The notes under the pieces: generated by a model | The model's database searches: none | What the model was told of the DNA's origin: nothing | The model's input: only the letters and a program-made list of their open reading frames with translations | From: Sphacelaria rigidula | Lineage: Eukaryota | Length of the DNA: 32,378 nucleotides | NCBI GenBank assembly: GCA_964200075.2 | Contig: CAXNAA020000039.1 | Span: 1 to 32,378, forward strand | Direction: 5' to 3' | Position numbers and translations under genes: made by a program | Shown here: positions 12,201-23,600 of the stretch, one piece after another | How positions within the stretch are numbered: position 1 is the first letter of the stretch | How the letters are laid out: every line of letters starts with the position of its first letter

Positions 12201-15200
12201 ACAGCATTCAAGGCAATCATCACGTGTTTACGACTCTCGCATGCGTCATCGAAGTCGAATGGTACTCCGTTTATTCACGTTGAGGATGTTTATATTGTGA
12301 CCGCGGCTGGATTCGATGCGGATCGATTAATGTTCACGTTAAGGTTATTGTGCGACAATTTAACGTCAATATTAATGTTAGCGTTAATATGCGAGAATTT
12401 ACCAATCAAATCAGGTAGTCATTCAATCGTCCGGATGCGTGTACAGGGTGAGTCACAGCCTAAATCTGGCGGAACGGGAAACAAAATACGTGAAAACAGC
12501 CCGACGGGTTTGTAAGACGTAAGTTGCCCTCGAACTCGCACGTTACATTCATTCGTTTCCATCCTACCAAAGTCGTGGACACTATGCGGAGTGCTTGCAT
12601 CGTGATCATCCGATTGATTGGAATAACTCGGTACGCCATACGGAAACCGCTGTGTAGACACCGGAAACCAACGCCAAGATCGGGCGAGAAACGGGTATTC
12701 TAACATGTTGTGCTGACAGCGTCGAAGCTCACGCTCAGACCCCGAGAATCGGCGCTTTGAACTGATCATGTTTCATGACGTGACCCGTTTCGCGCTGACT
12801 GCGTTGAATTCAGGGCGCCCTACGGCAGAAGCACGCGCATACTAGGATCAGATTTCGAGGCAGCGGATGAGCACACGTGGTTTCAGTGCACCATAGGGCT
12901 ACGCTGGAAAACGTCCCATCCAAGGTTTTGATTGGTCATGATAGTATGAACTCAGCTATCCCTTTGCACAAACAGTCCATACAACAAGACTACCCGTCGG
13001 TGCATAAAGCGGATACTTCCGCGCCGCAGTTCTCGCCAAAAGTAAGCTTCATTAACAGGATCCGGACAAGCTTCGCTCATAGTCTCAGATCAGGGAAGCC
13101 TCACCAAAAATGTTTTTGAAGGCAAAAAGGGGAAACACGGACGCAGCACGCAGTTCACCGCCAAGATTGTCCCCGATTTCCCACAACATACTGTCTACCT
13201 ACGTTGGTTGGAGTTTGCTCTCGATTGTGTGTTTTCCAGGTTGGCGGTCGCCCTCACGTGCTGATATACTCTATTCGCTGATGCCCAGCTGTCCATGTTT
13301 TGTCGTCAAAATACTGCATCAATCAGCGACTTCTCACGCCTCACACAGTATCAAAAGCGGTGCAACAGGAACACAACCCAACGGTAGAAACAGCAGCTGG
13401 AGCGCTGAATTTGCTTTCTCAAACCTTGCGACGGTACGTGCCCTCCAAATCCTTGAGCGTTTTGCGAAACGTGTTTTCCAAGGCTTGTCGTAGGTGGAGT
13501 ACTTCCTGGCGAGTAGCGTGGACTTCTTCTGCATGCGCCTAAAACGGTTATGAGGTCATATTATATCGCGAACATAAACACCTACGATCAATTCATTTTG
13601 CAGAGAAAACATTATGCCCCCTGAAAACCCCATTCATGATGATATGGGATCCAGAGAAACAAACATCTCAAAGCTGTGTAGTGACAGGCTGAAATGAATG
13701 TCGAAAACCGAATCCTTTCTCTTCGGTGCCACGACTCCCCCACACATCCGCAGATCAACCCATGCCAATCAAAAAGGCCGACCAAGCCGGACTAAATTTA
13801 ACGTGCACCGGCTGTTCTTGGCCTTACGGATGCAGAGCTCCAGTGTATTCGGTAGCACTAGGTTTCACCACTGAACGCCTCTCCAACCACTCTCAAGTCA
13901 CATGATCTGTAGCCAGCCATAGTCAAAGAGCGGTGTATGTTTCTACATCCCATGGTGGTCTGCAGACTGCAGATCACGTATCATTGAAACCATGTTCTGG
14001 AAGTAACACGCGAACGTGGAGGAGAAATACAGCGCGCAGTGAATTGAACCTCCGCGAGCCGAACGCACGAAGAAACAATATCTAGATATCTAGATAACAA
14101 TATCTAGATACTGCATGAATGCAAGAATGAACGCATAATCGAATTGAATGTGCGTATCACACGTATATTCGTTAAGATTATGCGGGAAACAAGGCTATTC
14201 ATCACTTTGTAGTCGAGCTTTGAAATGGTGTTCGCAGGGTCGAACAATAACAGGTTGGGCAAAAACAAAATCTCAGGGGATGAACCTATCTCTCTCCCGG
14301 AGCTGCTTGCTTGCGCTGCAACACATGTTGAGGCTTGGGCCAGTGCTTCCGCAGTCAGTCAGCTTTCGCCGGACTATTGTTTCTGTTAACTCTTGCTCTT
14401 GCAGATTCTAATGACGCAAACCGCAGAAGACGCTACTGTCCGCGTTCGGAGCCAAAACAGCTTCCCAAACTATAATCGACAATAGTGTGTGCTATTATAG
14501 TGTTGATGTTCGACCACCGGAACGCGGTGGCACCCGCACTCAAACTTGAACACTTGTTGACACATATGCAATGGATTTCAAAGAGAATGCTATCCCTGCG
14601 TTGAGAGCAAACGGCTCTTTGCAAAAGTTGAAGAACCCCGTCATAGAACTAGGGGAGGTGAAGCTCGAATGAAACACAAACAAAGATCGCTTGAGCTGAT
14701 TGTTTGGAGAATCCACCTTTGTTCTTCGCTCCATGCCAGCCAAAATCGATTCCACATCTGCTGCGGCTTTGTTGCTAAGGGCAGCTACCACTTGGTACCG
14801 CCCATGCTTGAGTGTTAACTGTGCCAGTTGCTCTTGGAGAACTGCACGCCTGTGGGTTAGCTCCTGCTGCACGCACCTGTTCGCCTCGACTCAACCAGGG
14901 TAAAAATATCGCCTTTGAAGCCCCCCTGAGCTTTCAATGGCGGAGAAAATGTGACACTTCCAACTTTTTATACGTACCGTGGACGGTTCACTCATCACTC
15001 GTCATTATTTTGCACCGTTCAAAGTTATGTACATCACGTGCTCCACACCTCTAGGGTACTCCTCAACAGTCTTGCATTATCATGAGAGTACACACGTACG
15101 CAAGTTATTTAGTGCCCACTAAACCACGGTGAGGACAGTTCAAGTACGATGAGCGTCCTGAAGTACGAGTTGAAGAACTGAACAAAAACGCGCCATCTGT

Positions 15201-18200
15201 GCGGCCGTTTACTATAGTGCAGTACTCGTAGCTGTGCTCGATTCATGATTGGTTTGGTGCGGAGGTGAAACAAATAGTGTCGGCACCTGCTGATGACCTT
15301 TCTCGGTATCCTGAATAATTAATCCCATCAAGGACGAAGTAGACACCTGGAAATAGTACGCATTCATCGAGAGGCTCCTCGCTGCCAGCAAAAAACAATT
15401 TATCGGACGGATGCGTTTCAAAATGCTCCAAAAACTGTGATCCGCTCTTCCATAAGTAATTTTGTTCCAAGCAACCGCCGGTTTTTCGTGCAGCCGTGGC
15501 CCTCCAAATGTATGCTGTAGCTTTCTTCGTGAAAACTGTGGCACCCCAGTTTAGCCAGTAGGTCGCTACTCGAGAGGCGTGTGAGCAATGTTTGAGGCGG
15601 GATACCATCTGAATGAGTACAGGAAGCTGATTTTACGTCATCAACTACCGCACTACTATACCCAGAAATCCGGCGGAAGGCTTTTGAAATCGTTTTACGA
15701 GTGCATGCAAATGTGACGCAAGCACTCTTTCTGTATCTGAACGCGCAAGAATCACGAAAGAGTTGTGGCTACCGCTGGATTGGTGGCTGCGGTCGGCCAT
15801 AGGGCTGGGCGTAGGGTAAGCGCAAGACTTGGCTGAAGAATATGGATCGTTTGAAGTTTGAGTACGGTTTTGGCGAGAAGGACTTGCTCATTTGTCGCAC
15901 TCACGTGTGTTCATCGTGCAACATGGAGAGGTCATACTCGTTCCTTTCCTGGACAGCCTTCACATCTTCCTCCAGGTCGTTGAGCTCCTCCACCTGCCGG
16001 TAACGTACCGATCCACTAACTTTCTGTCACCTTCACCTCTATCCAAGTTGATGTACCACGGAAGAGCACGCAGAGGCACCTGATTCTGATTGAAGGTAGG
16101 CCATCTGTAAGTCTTTCTTCACCGAGATAGACATTACTTTCAAAATACGTACGGGTGGGTTGACAATTTTGACTCATTACTTTACTAAACGGTCCTTGAA
16201 TGATGCCTTCATCTACGCAGTAAACAAAAAGCAAGCAACAACGGTAAAGTCCAAGGTTAACTATTTCATAACTAATTGTCACGAAGTAACACCACGAGTT
16301 CAAGTTTAAGAATAAACTGCTTGTCTCCGCGACATATCATGAACTCAGAGCCCCACCTCCCACTCTTCAATCGAACTCCGTGACAAGAAGCTTGAACTTA
16401 TCCCTGAATTTAGACAGCAGCGACATTCGTCATGGGTATAACAATATTAGTTACCAACCACCAGTGAAACATATTTCTGACCGTTCCAAGACACGGATGG
16501 CTGTTTCGAGCTGCGATTGGTCGTTTCGATGTCGGGTGCCTGAGAGGTAATCCTAACTAGCAAGGGCAGGACCCACTCTCCTAGCCCTGTGGCGGTGATA
16601 ACGCCAAGCTGTCCATACCGACATGGTGAATGTCAAATGCTGAAGAAATCTTCTTATCTGCGATGACGTTGACGAAGGATATCTTCATGATAGGCTGGGA
16701 ACGTTTACCAACAACGTAGATGTACAGTGCGATTGCGAGCTGTACGCAAGTAGGACACAGCGCTTCTTGCATTGGACGTTCACGTGGTCTTGTTGGCTTG
16801 TTCCCCCAAAGTCATCCTACATTCGTTCTGTTGAACAATATAGGTAGGTAATTACTCCCTCCTTTGAGCACCTTTGTTGCAGTCTTATAGAAGTAGTTGT
16901 CATCGTGTTTTGCTGTGCCCTGGAAAGAATAACTTGTATCACGCGTCAATCTTGTCTTTCCATGGGAAATTGTTGTCTCTAGGCCGAAACACTGACAAAG
17001 AAACAACCAGAAAGCCGTCTGCTAACATACAGCTGTTCACCCTGCTCTCCACCATCGCAGCGAGATGTCGGCGTTCTTGGAAACTATGTTTTTGTTGGAC
17101 ATTCGCGTTGAAGAGATTGGATTATGACGGACACACGGGACACCAGACACCAGATTGTTGAGACGCAAACTCTACACCCCGACCCCACTCTGATTTTTCT
17201 AAACACGCCGCAATCACCTATCATGGCTGCTCAGGTGGCACACTCTTTGTCATCGCATGTAGTGAGCGCCACAATATCCCCGTAGATGTTTCCACTGTTG
17301 CTACTAATGGCAGCGTACCCCAGTTTGAGCCCTCCATTTTTGCGCACCATGATAACCCTGAAATACGTCGTGTTCGTGACACCTCAGCTGCACAACAGTG
17401 CGTATATTTTGCACGTTCGAATAAATCTCTCCAGTGGACATGTGGGCCGAAAATGATCGAAAACGTGCACAACGAATAACGATCGTTGGGTTACAATGTG
17501 TCGCCACAATCGCCGATTCCTTGTCGAAAGTAAAACACGACCCATATTATGGCAGAAGGCGCCACTCTTTCGCGGAACGTTTCCCCCGCAAGTGAATAGT
17601 GCAATGGATATCCCTACGGTGCTCCTTCATCGTCGAATACAGATTAACTTGTCCACAGTGGCGTTGAAATTCTCGCAAAAGCGAGTGCTGTGCGGTTACT
17701 GCCGGTACCAGGGAACTGCTGCTCATTCGCATTCCGATCATCATGGTGCAATCCTCACAATAATCTCGGTGTCCTCACAGCGAGCGGAGTACAGTATACG
17801 GTACGACACAGTACGTGTACGATATGGTCATAGTACAGGACACGAAAGGACAGGACAGCAATGAACAACGCAGCGCAGCACAGTGCAGCAGACCCTGAAC
17901 AGTAGATTACGTTGTCCAAAAGTGCACTGCGTACAATACGGGATCGGATGTCTATCGCACTAGACGCAATAGTCGATATCGTAGGCAGTACACTTTTTGA
18001 CCAGGTAATCTTTAGTCCAGGGTGTGCAGTACAGCACAGCACAGCACAGCACAGCACAGCACAGCACAGCACAGCACAGCACAGCACAGCACAGCACAGC
18101 ACAGCACAGCACAGCGATGAACCTTTTTGTTTTTTTCCCGAGCAAGACTCTCGATCTGCTGCAACTCCCCCACCAATGTGCTCTGGGCCTCCAGCATCTC

Positions 18201-18284
18201 TTCTTCAAGCCCACGCATCTCGGCATCGCCGCCTACACCCCTTTCTCCGTCACCACCCTCTGCCGTAGATACCCTTGCCGCCAT
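2999..18284 (-). CDS. Spliced gene, 10 coding exons, ~475 aa coiled-coil protein resembling the CFAP157/BBOF1 (DUF4515) ciliary family
   Basis: Manual join of complement(18123..18284,15905..15993,14717..14876,13425..13538,12044..12128,11086..11249,10164..10232,4761..4836,3546..3817,2999..3235). All introns are GT-AG and the phases match (0,2,0,0,1,0,0,1,0), giving one open frame: MAARVST...LAREKNKK|VEELNDLEE...LHDEHT|CVQQELTHRR...MERRTK|AHAEEVHATRQEVLHLRQALENTFRKTLKDLEGTYRRK|AFQALGSKDKAGMRANKILREEMALQDVG|LAALSQR...ADMQ|ETKARII...EEGVP|PKSPRSL...DDMKH|MWQRRIKDL...GHGE|EAPWQARV. The family call is by recalled resemblance only, and the 3' end is the least certain part. Confidence 0.8.
3546..3817 (-). 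CDS. Coiled-coil gene exon 9 (MWQRRIKDL...Ser/Gly-rich...GHGE)
   Basis: Acceptor tgtgcag|AC completes CAC (His) with exon 8; donor GAG|GTCAGC; matches ORF 3360..3815. Confidence 0.75.
3910..4022. repeat. Imperfect (GAT/GGT)n trinucleotide microsatellite
   Basis: Directly visible; lies in intron 8 of the minus-strand gene. Confidence 0.9.
4761..4836 (-). CDS. Coiled-coil gene exon 8 (PKSPRSLRRMIEEEENEVRKLDDMK)
   Basis: Pyrimidine-rich acceptor ...ccgtcag|CCG; donor C|GTGAGT, phase 1. Confidence 0.8.
5040..5170. repeat. Degenerate ~26-bp minisatellite (~5 units)
   Basis: aagtacatcttgaccacgctgaaacc / acgtagatcttgaccgtgctagaact / aaatagttgatgatcgcactggaatc. Confidence 0.55.
6600..7125. repeat. 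Degenerate 42-bp tandem array, copy 1
   Basis: (g/a)attca recurs at 6881, 6923, 6965 and 7007; consensus approximately gattcatgctgcatgaatggaaggtgggaacatgtacgyat. Confidence 0.8.
7420..8618. mobile_element. Non-autonomous Tc1/mariner-type element, ~1.2 kb, in intron 7 of the minus-strand gene
   Basis: Perfect 17-bp TIRs CGAGCTGGGCCAGCCTA (7420-7436) and TAGGCTGGCCCAGCTCG (8602-8618); TA on both flanks (7418-7419, 8619-8620); AT-rich non-coding interior. Confidence 0.8.
8277..8558. repeat. Long inverted repeat (foldback), ~280 bp
   Basis: Perfect 26-bp inner stem 8400-8425 / 8439-8464 with a 13-nt loop; outer arms 8277-8344 / 8491-8558 about 80% complementary. Confidence 0.9.
8950..9275. repeat. 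Degenerate 42-bp tandem array, copy 2
   Basis: Same unit recurring at about 8988, 9030, 9070, 9112, 9155, 9198 and 9239. Confidence 0.8.
10164..10232 (-). CDS. Coiled-coil gene exon 7 (ETKARIIAEDKSLRQKLKEEGVP)
   Basis: Acceptor gttccag|GAA; donor CCG|GTAAGC; phase 0/0. Confidence 0.85.
11086..11249 (-). CDS. Coiled-coil gene exon 6 (LAALSQRH...YVADMQ)
   Basis: Acceptor caacag|GA completes GGA; donor CAG|GTGGGT; matches ORF 10975..11238. Confidence 0.85.
12044..12128 (-). CDS. Coiled-coil gene exon 5 (AFQALGSKDK...MALQDV)
   Basis: Acceptor cttgcacag|GCA; donor G|GTAAGC, phase 1. Confidence 0.85.
13425..13538 (-). CDS. Coiled-coil gene exon 4 (AHAEEVHATR...EGTYRRK)
   Basis: Acceptor ttttag|GCG; donor AAG|GTTTGA; 114 nt, phase 0/0. 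Confidence 0.85.
14717..14876 (-). CDS. Coiled-coil gene exon 3 (CVQQELTHRR...GMERRTK)
   Basis: Acceptor aacag|G completes the ACG (Thr) codon; donor AAG|GTGGAT; matches ORF 14540..14872. Confidence 0.85.
15905..15993 (-). CDS. Coiled-coil gene exon 2 (VEELNDLEEDVKAVQERNEYDLSMLHDEH)
   Basis: Acceptor ggcag|GTG; donor AC|GTGAGT, phase 2. Confidence 0.85.
18031..18115. repeat. (ACAGC)17 pentanucleotide microsatellite
   Basis: 17 perfect copies; a degenerate version lies at ~17785-17890. Confidence 0.98.
18123..18284 (-). CDS. Coiled-coil gene exon 1 (MAARVSTAEG...EKNKK)
   Basis: ATG in AAAATGG context with an in-frame TAG shortly upstream; E/Q/K/L-rich heptads; donor AAG|GTTCAT, phase 0. Confidence 0.8.
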
Positions 18285-18588
18285 TTTCCAGTATTTCTAG
18301 CTGCCACTCGGTGGAGTTTATCATTCGCACACCTGCGTTTCTCGTAACAACAGGTGCCGTTTATTCTACTAGCCAACAAAGGATGTGCAGTGGTTCACCA
18401 GCGCGTGCTAAGCCACATGTCTGTTGTCCCAGCGCTCACGCACGCGTCCACTGCGTAACCGAGTTTCCGCGTCCACAATGTGAAAGCGGTGACCACGTAG
18501 AGACACATGTGTGAAACCTGATGCATCCCAGAATCTCGTCCTAACCGACCTTGGCCAACAAGTTACAGGGCAGACGAATATATATATT

Positions 18589-18612
18589 TGTTGCTGTTGC
18601 TGTTGCTGTTGC
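18589..18612. repeat. (TGTTGC)4 short repeat
   Basis: Directly visible in the region between the two start codons. Confidence 0.85.
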
Positions 18613-19992
18613 ACTATCGCTGCCACCGCAACCACATTCAGAAGGCGGGACCAAGAAGCATGGTGTTGCTGCGTATGTTCAAACCAACCTTGCCGTGACT
18701 AAGAAAGATCGTCAACGCGGCGCAACCTTCACCGGTTCGACGATTTTTCACAGCCCGCTGTTCATTCTTCACGTTACTTTTCTCGAAGTTTTTTCCACGT
18801 GCAACGAGGGATGGCCGTATACTCGCAGCAGGAGCATACGTCTGTTGTCCATGTTCCTGTGGAGCATAGTATAATCGGATAGTGTTGACTGCAGGAATCC
18901 AACCTGGCAAGGTGCGCCGAAGGTATTCTGAGCTGGATCGAAGCGCCCAAGCGACCAAAGGTGTGGCGGAACCCCGATGCGAAGGAAGCCCTCGTTGGGC
19001 ACGTATTTTTCAAGTGGTACTTGTTGCAGCACCTGTGTTTTTGCTTGGCCCATGTTGTAAGTTGCCTAAACTTTAGCTTTTAGCCTGCGGCGGTCAACAT
19101 GATCATAGGTGCTAAGCGGCACGTGTAGGACCCCAGGCTAACTGCTTGCCACCTGCTGCCTAAAAGCAACACATTTGTACCTGTTGTGCATCGTTGCCTC
19201 CGCTGTAATACGAACAACTGTACACCCTTGACAGAGCAAACTGGATGGGTACATGCACGATGTATCGATCCTAGCTCAACGTGCCGTGGTCAATAATGCA
19301 CGTACCGACTGGAGGGTGAGTTATGAGTAAGGTCGCCGCGCCCCGGTGGTGTCATGGCCCGACTGTCGCCATTACGGCGGGGAGAACATGAAGTTTCGAT
19401 TCCCGACGCGTTGGGCTTTTTCTTTGTAGTATCTGATTTTCACTGTGGAAAGAGTGAGAACGTGAGTAAATTAAGTAGTCGACTGAGTTTGTTTGACGTG
19501 AGTTGACGCGGTGCGGGAGTGCTGACCCAATCCGCGAGACCAAGATACAAAGCGTGTACCGGGGAGAGATGGGTTGATCCCTTGAGACCACGGACTCGTC
19601 CCGAGAAAGAGGAAGGGTTCAAAGTGCGAAAGAAAAAACCATGCATCCGTGTATTATACTTGGTAGGATGCAATGCGCAGTAGCTTGATTCCCCATGCAC
19701 TGGCTATCGGTGACTCGATCGAGTGTTTGTGTGTTCTGCAGGTGCCTGGGGGAGAACGAGGGCGGCGGATCCACGAAACATTGGAAGCACGAAATGGCCA
19801 CAAGCAACAGACAAGGCGGCAGCACCAGCAAGTGTGGTGAACGGCGGCCAGCCTGAGACCAATCTTGCATAGGGCGGGTACCAGCACGGACCGGATGCAG
19901 CCACCGTAGTATGAGAACCTATTCGCAACGAGGGTAGTAAGTCAGGAGCTCTTTTAGCCCAAGGGTGAACAGTATAGCAGTTTACATGGAGG

Positions 19993-20661
19993 ATGATGCG
20001 CGAGACAGATACGCTGGGCGGGCCGCTACTGCCAGCATCACTAACGAACAAGGTGGCGTTGGCTAAAGCGCGTCCTCTTACACCCGACAACAACGACGCC
20101 GGCGAAGGTCCTGATAGAGACAAGGGCAGTGACGGTGCCACTCCGCGCGCGTCGCTGGTCAGGGGCGATTTCCCAAAACGAAAGAGTTTGTCCTGTCTGC
20201 GGACGTCGATGCTACCTTCCCTGACTGGTGAATCGTTTCCTCGTGACTCGTCCGCATCGACAGTGGGACAGCTTCCCCCATTGATAGACCCCTCGGTACC
20301 ACCGCGTACTTCCCAGCCTGTAGTCAATAGCAATCCCCCTTCCCAACCTGTGGCAAACAGAGATACTAGTAGCCATGACACCATTGTACGCCCCATTCCT
20401 GCGTATGACGACGAAAGCGGATTCAGCACACCAGGGAGCATGGAAGATGGCGATGGTGAACGAAGAGACCGCTCGCATTCGTTTTCGCACTTCGACGGCG
20501 AGGATCAAGGGGACGATACAGCCGGTGGTAGATCGACCAGATCTTTTTCAGCAGCTGCAAGGGTGGTCGTGGTCGCGAACAAGATGAAAAAATATCGGAG
20601 ATCTTCTGCAGCACTTCACACTGATCTCCTGAGAGCCTTCGTGCCGGATATACTCATCAAT
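19993..20661 (+). CDS. sAC-like exon 1: S/P/D-rich disordered N-terminus, ending LLRAFVPDILIN
   Basis: ORF 19993..20733; donor AAT|GTAAGT at 20661/20662. A likely 5'UTR acceptor lies upstream at gttctgcag|19742. Confidence 0.85.
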
Positions 20662-23600
20662 GTAAGTGGCTTCCTTTGTTGCATCGGCAGTTTTTTTATG
20701 AAGTTTTCCAATTCTGCCCATTTGAGAAAATAGTTGTTTCTATTGACGAGGGCTTGGAACATACTTTGTTCCAAAACAAATACGTGATAGCGTGATCCAG
20801 GAACACCTGGGACGCCATCTAGACCCGTACATCGAAGACCAAGGATGTAACACTCACAGTTAGTCTCCCGATACGTTGAGGACAGCAGCTCATGGTACAG
20901 ATAAGTCAGGGTGACCAAATTCGCTCGGCTGCCTTTTCAACGCAAAATATCGGCCTCTGTGCAAGTACGGGTGCACTCCCACCTCCCTCGGCCTGTATTG
21001 AGCAGTATCTGGAGGACGCGTCGATACCGCTGGAGTCTCAAGCTTTTTTCGTGACAGCTGCATGCATGTGTGCGGATATTTCGGGCTTCACCGCCTTGTC
21101 TGAAAAGCACTGCAGTAAAGGAACGGCTGGGTTGGACACTCTCGTGCAGGTATATACGTACGAGTAGCATGCACCGCCACATACCCGTGGAACTCGAGGT
21201 AGGTTACGTTAGTACACCCGCAAGTGAAATATCATCTGGATATCAATATTCTTTACTAGATGAGATGCTACGCACAACCAGCAGAGTCTCCACATCGTCG
21301 GAACTTCACAAGACCTTTCCCATTGATGGTGACTCCAGCTCCACTGTCTCAGTAGTCCTTGAGAAATTGTGATTGAACCAACTTCCACCGGGGGTTATCC
21401 TACACCCTTGACACGCGTCGGAGCACTTCTTGGCAGAAATTCTGGCCGCTCGCCAGAGCGTATCAAATGAAACGTGTTGTTTGGCTGGCCACTGCTGGAC
21501 GAGTGCGACTGTTAGCGTGCATTCAGAGTAATAAGCTCACGCCTACGTGCATTGGTCGTGGCATATCTCCAATCACGAGTTTCGTCGACGAAAACCTCAG
21601 CCTGTCCCAAATTCGTACGTATACCCGTCTCTTCCCTCCTTTCCTCCGTATCTGAATATTATGTGGCGCCAGATCATCAACAGCTACTACTCAAACTTGG
21701 TGAACATTGTATACTCATTCGGAGGTGACATCATAAAGATCGCAGGCGACGCCTTGTACTGTGTGTTCACGCCGGATGCCATGGATCTCCGTGGGGCAGT
21801 GCTGTGCGCCGCTCTGTGTAGTATGATGCTCAGAGACGTGAGTATCAATCTTCAGTTTAGAATAGTACCATGTCTCTATGCCGATGGTATGATACCGTGG
21901 CTACACCCTCTCTCGGCATGGTGGTGTGCCTAGTATCACTTTTTCGGGGGCTTCTTCAGCAGCTGAGCAAACGACCGACGGCGAGATTTCGTGATGAGAG
22001 ATACAAGGCATCGTTGCAGTATCGGCAACACCCTCCGTGGGACTCATGTTTGCAGTTCATCGCATACTGTCAGCGAAGACTCTGTGGTATGTAGTCTAAT
22101 GTAGCTGTGGTTTTGCTGACTACAGTATCTTCTCACAAGACGTCTGCAAGCGCATATTACGGAAATTAAGATACCAAATGCTGACCAAACTCATCTGTGA
22201 AACTCAAACAATTCACTTGCGCAATTCACCATATGTACAAAGGTCCCCAAAGCGATCGTGCCAAAGTTCCCATGAGACTCAAGCGAGACTCATTGTAAAC
22301 CAACCTCTTTCACAGCTCGTGTTCGGTTGTGCACACGATGTATCCTGCCCCTATAATAGGTTGCCGCAGATGGACTCACCCTTCACGTGGGGATTTCGTG
22401 TGGAAATTTATGCTTCGGGATTTTGGGGGGTATCGAGGACTACTGGGAGTGTCTTATGAGCGGAGAGCCTATTGGGTTAGTGGCGCAAGCTCTCGACGAG
22501 GCTCAAAAGCAGCAGGTGATCGTGCCCAAGGGGCATACGAAAGGCGCGCTTCAGCTGTATCTTGTCACTGTTGGGAAGCACGTGCCAATCCCGTAAGATC
22601 CTTCGACTACGAAGGGGGAAAATCTCTGTTTTTCAAATGTGAAGATTTCGACACCTATGATGCTGTCGACCATGGACCCTCTGTCTTTGAAACGGTGAAT
22701 GTGTAATCGACTCATCTTACGGCATAAACGTAGCGGGTCCGACCCCGTGGACAAGCGAGCACGCCCCCCGCCCGGGTTTTGGATAAATTGACGTAAATGC
22801 TCTTCAATATGGCGCAGTTACACCTGCGCAAGGTTGTGTCGTTGCAAAGCTTTAGTGGAGATGATTCCACCGACGAAATGTGGGGGAGAATTGGAGAAGA
22901 ACTTCACACCCTGTTTCCGGGAAAAGAAGCAAACTTCGGCCCTAGTTATAGGGTTTATGGTGGTCACCACGAGCGTTTTCTTATACATATTGGGTGACAC
23001 GTTTGATGAAGAGGCTGATCCCCATGGGCATGTCTCAGGCCCGTTTTCTGATCGAAGATTCATTCGATATGAACATTTGTTGCAAAAGGTCATCGCGACG
23101 AAGTACTGACGCAACAAATCATGAGATCATAGAGCAAAATTCAAAATGACAAAGCAGCCGTCACAAACATGTGCATCCAAAACATTGCACTGTGGCATAT
23201 GAATATGATCGCTAGCAATGGCCATCGTGACCCTTCACCGCGAGGGTAGTCCATCTGAATATTGAATTCTTTTCCCTACCGAAATTGATGCCGATTCAAC
23301 AAATGACCTAGTCTCGCCGTCTGAGGGTCGATGATTGTTATGGAGTGTGCTTTTACTCTTTCAAACTCATCTTGTCTCAGCCGTTCCGTGTTTTGAGGGT
23401 CGTCACCAGCACCCCAAGGGATACTGCCCTCTTACCTTTGGTTTCGATGCCGATCTTCCACGTACGAAGATAAATGCATCGACTGAACGTAAGGGTATCT
23501 ACTTTCCCGATTGCAATGTCGGTTTTGTCCCGTTTCGAACGTTCCGGTTTTTGCAGGTGGTAGTTAGTAACGAGTGCCTACAGATCGCGGGAGACTGTTG

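Noticed and set aside
17755..18347. ORFs with (AQHST)n or (CCAVL)n repeats
   Set aside because: These are translations of the (ACAGC)17 microsatellite. Only 18123-18284(-) fits the gene model.
19704..20441. 245-aa antisense ORF (similarly 23499-23960)
   Set aside because: It is a shadow ORF opposite GC-rich cyclase exons, with no recognisable motifs.
23335..23556. Signal-peptide-like start of ORF 23335..24015
   Set aside because: It is intronic read-through. The exon begins at the acceptor at 23557 and continues the cyclase domain.
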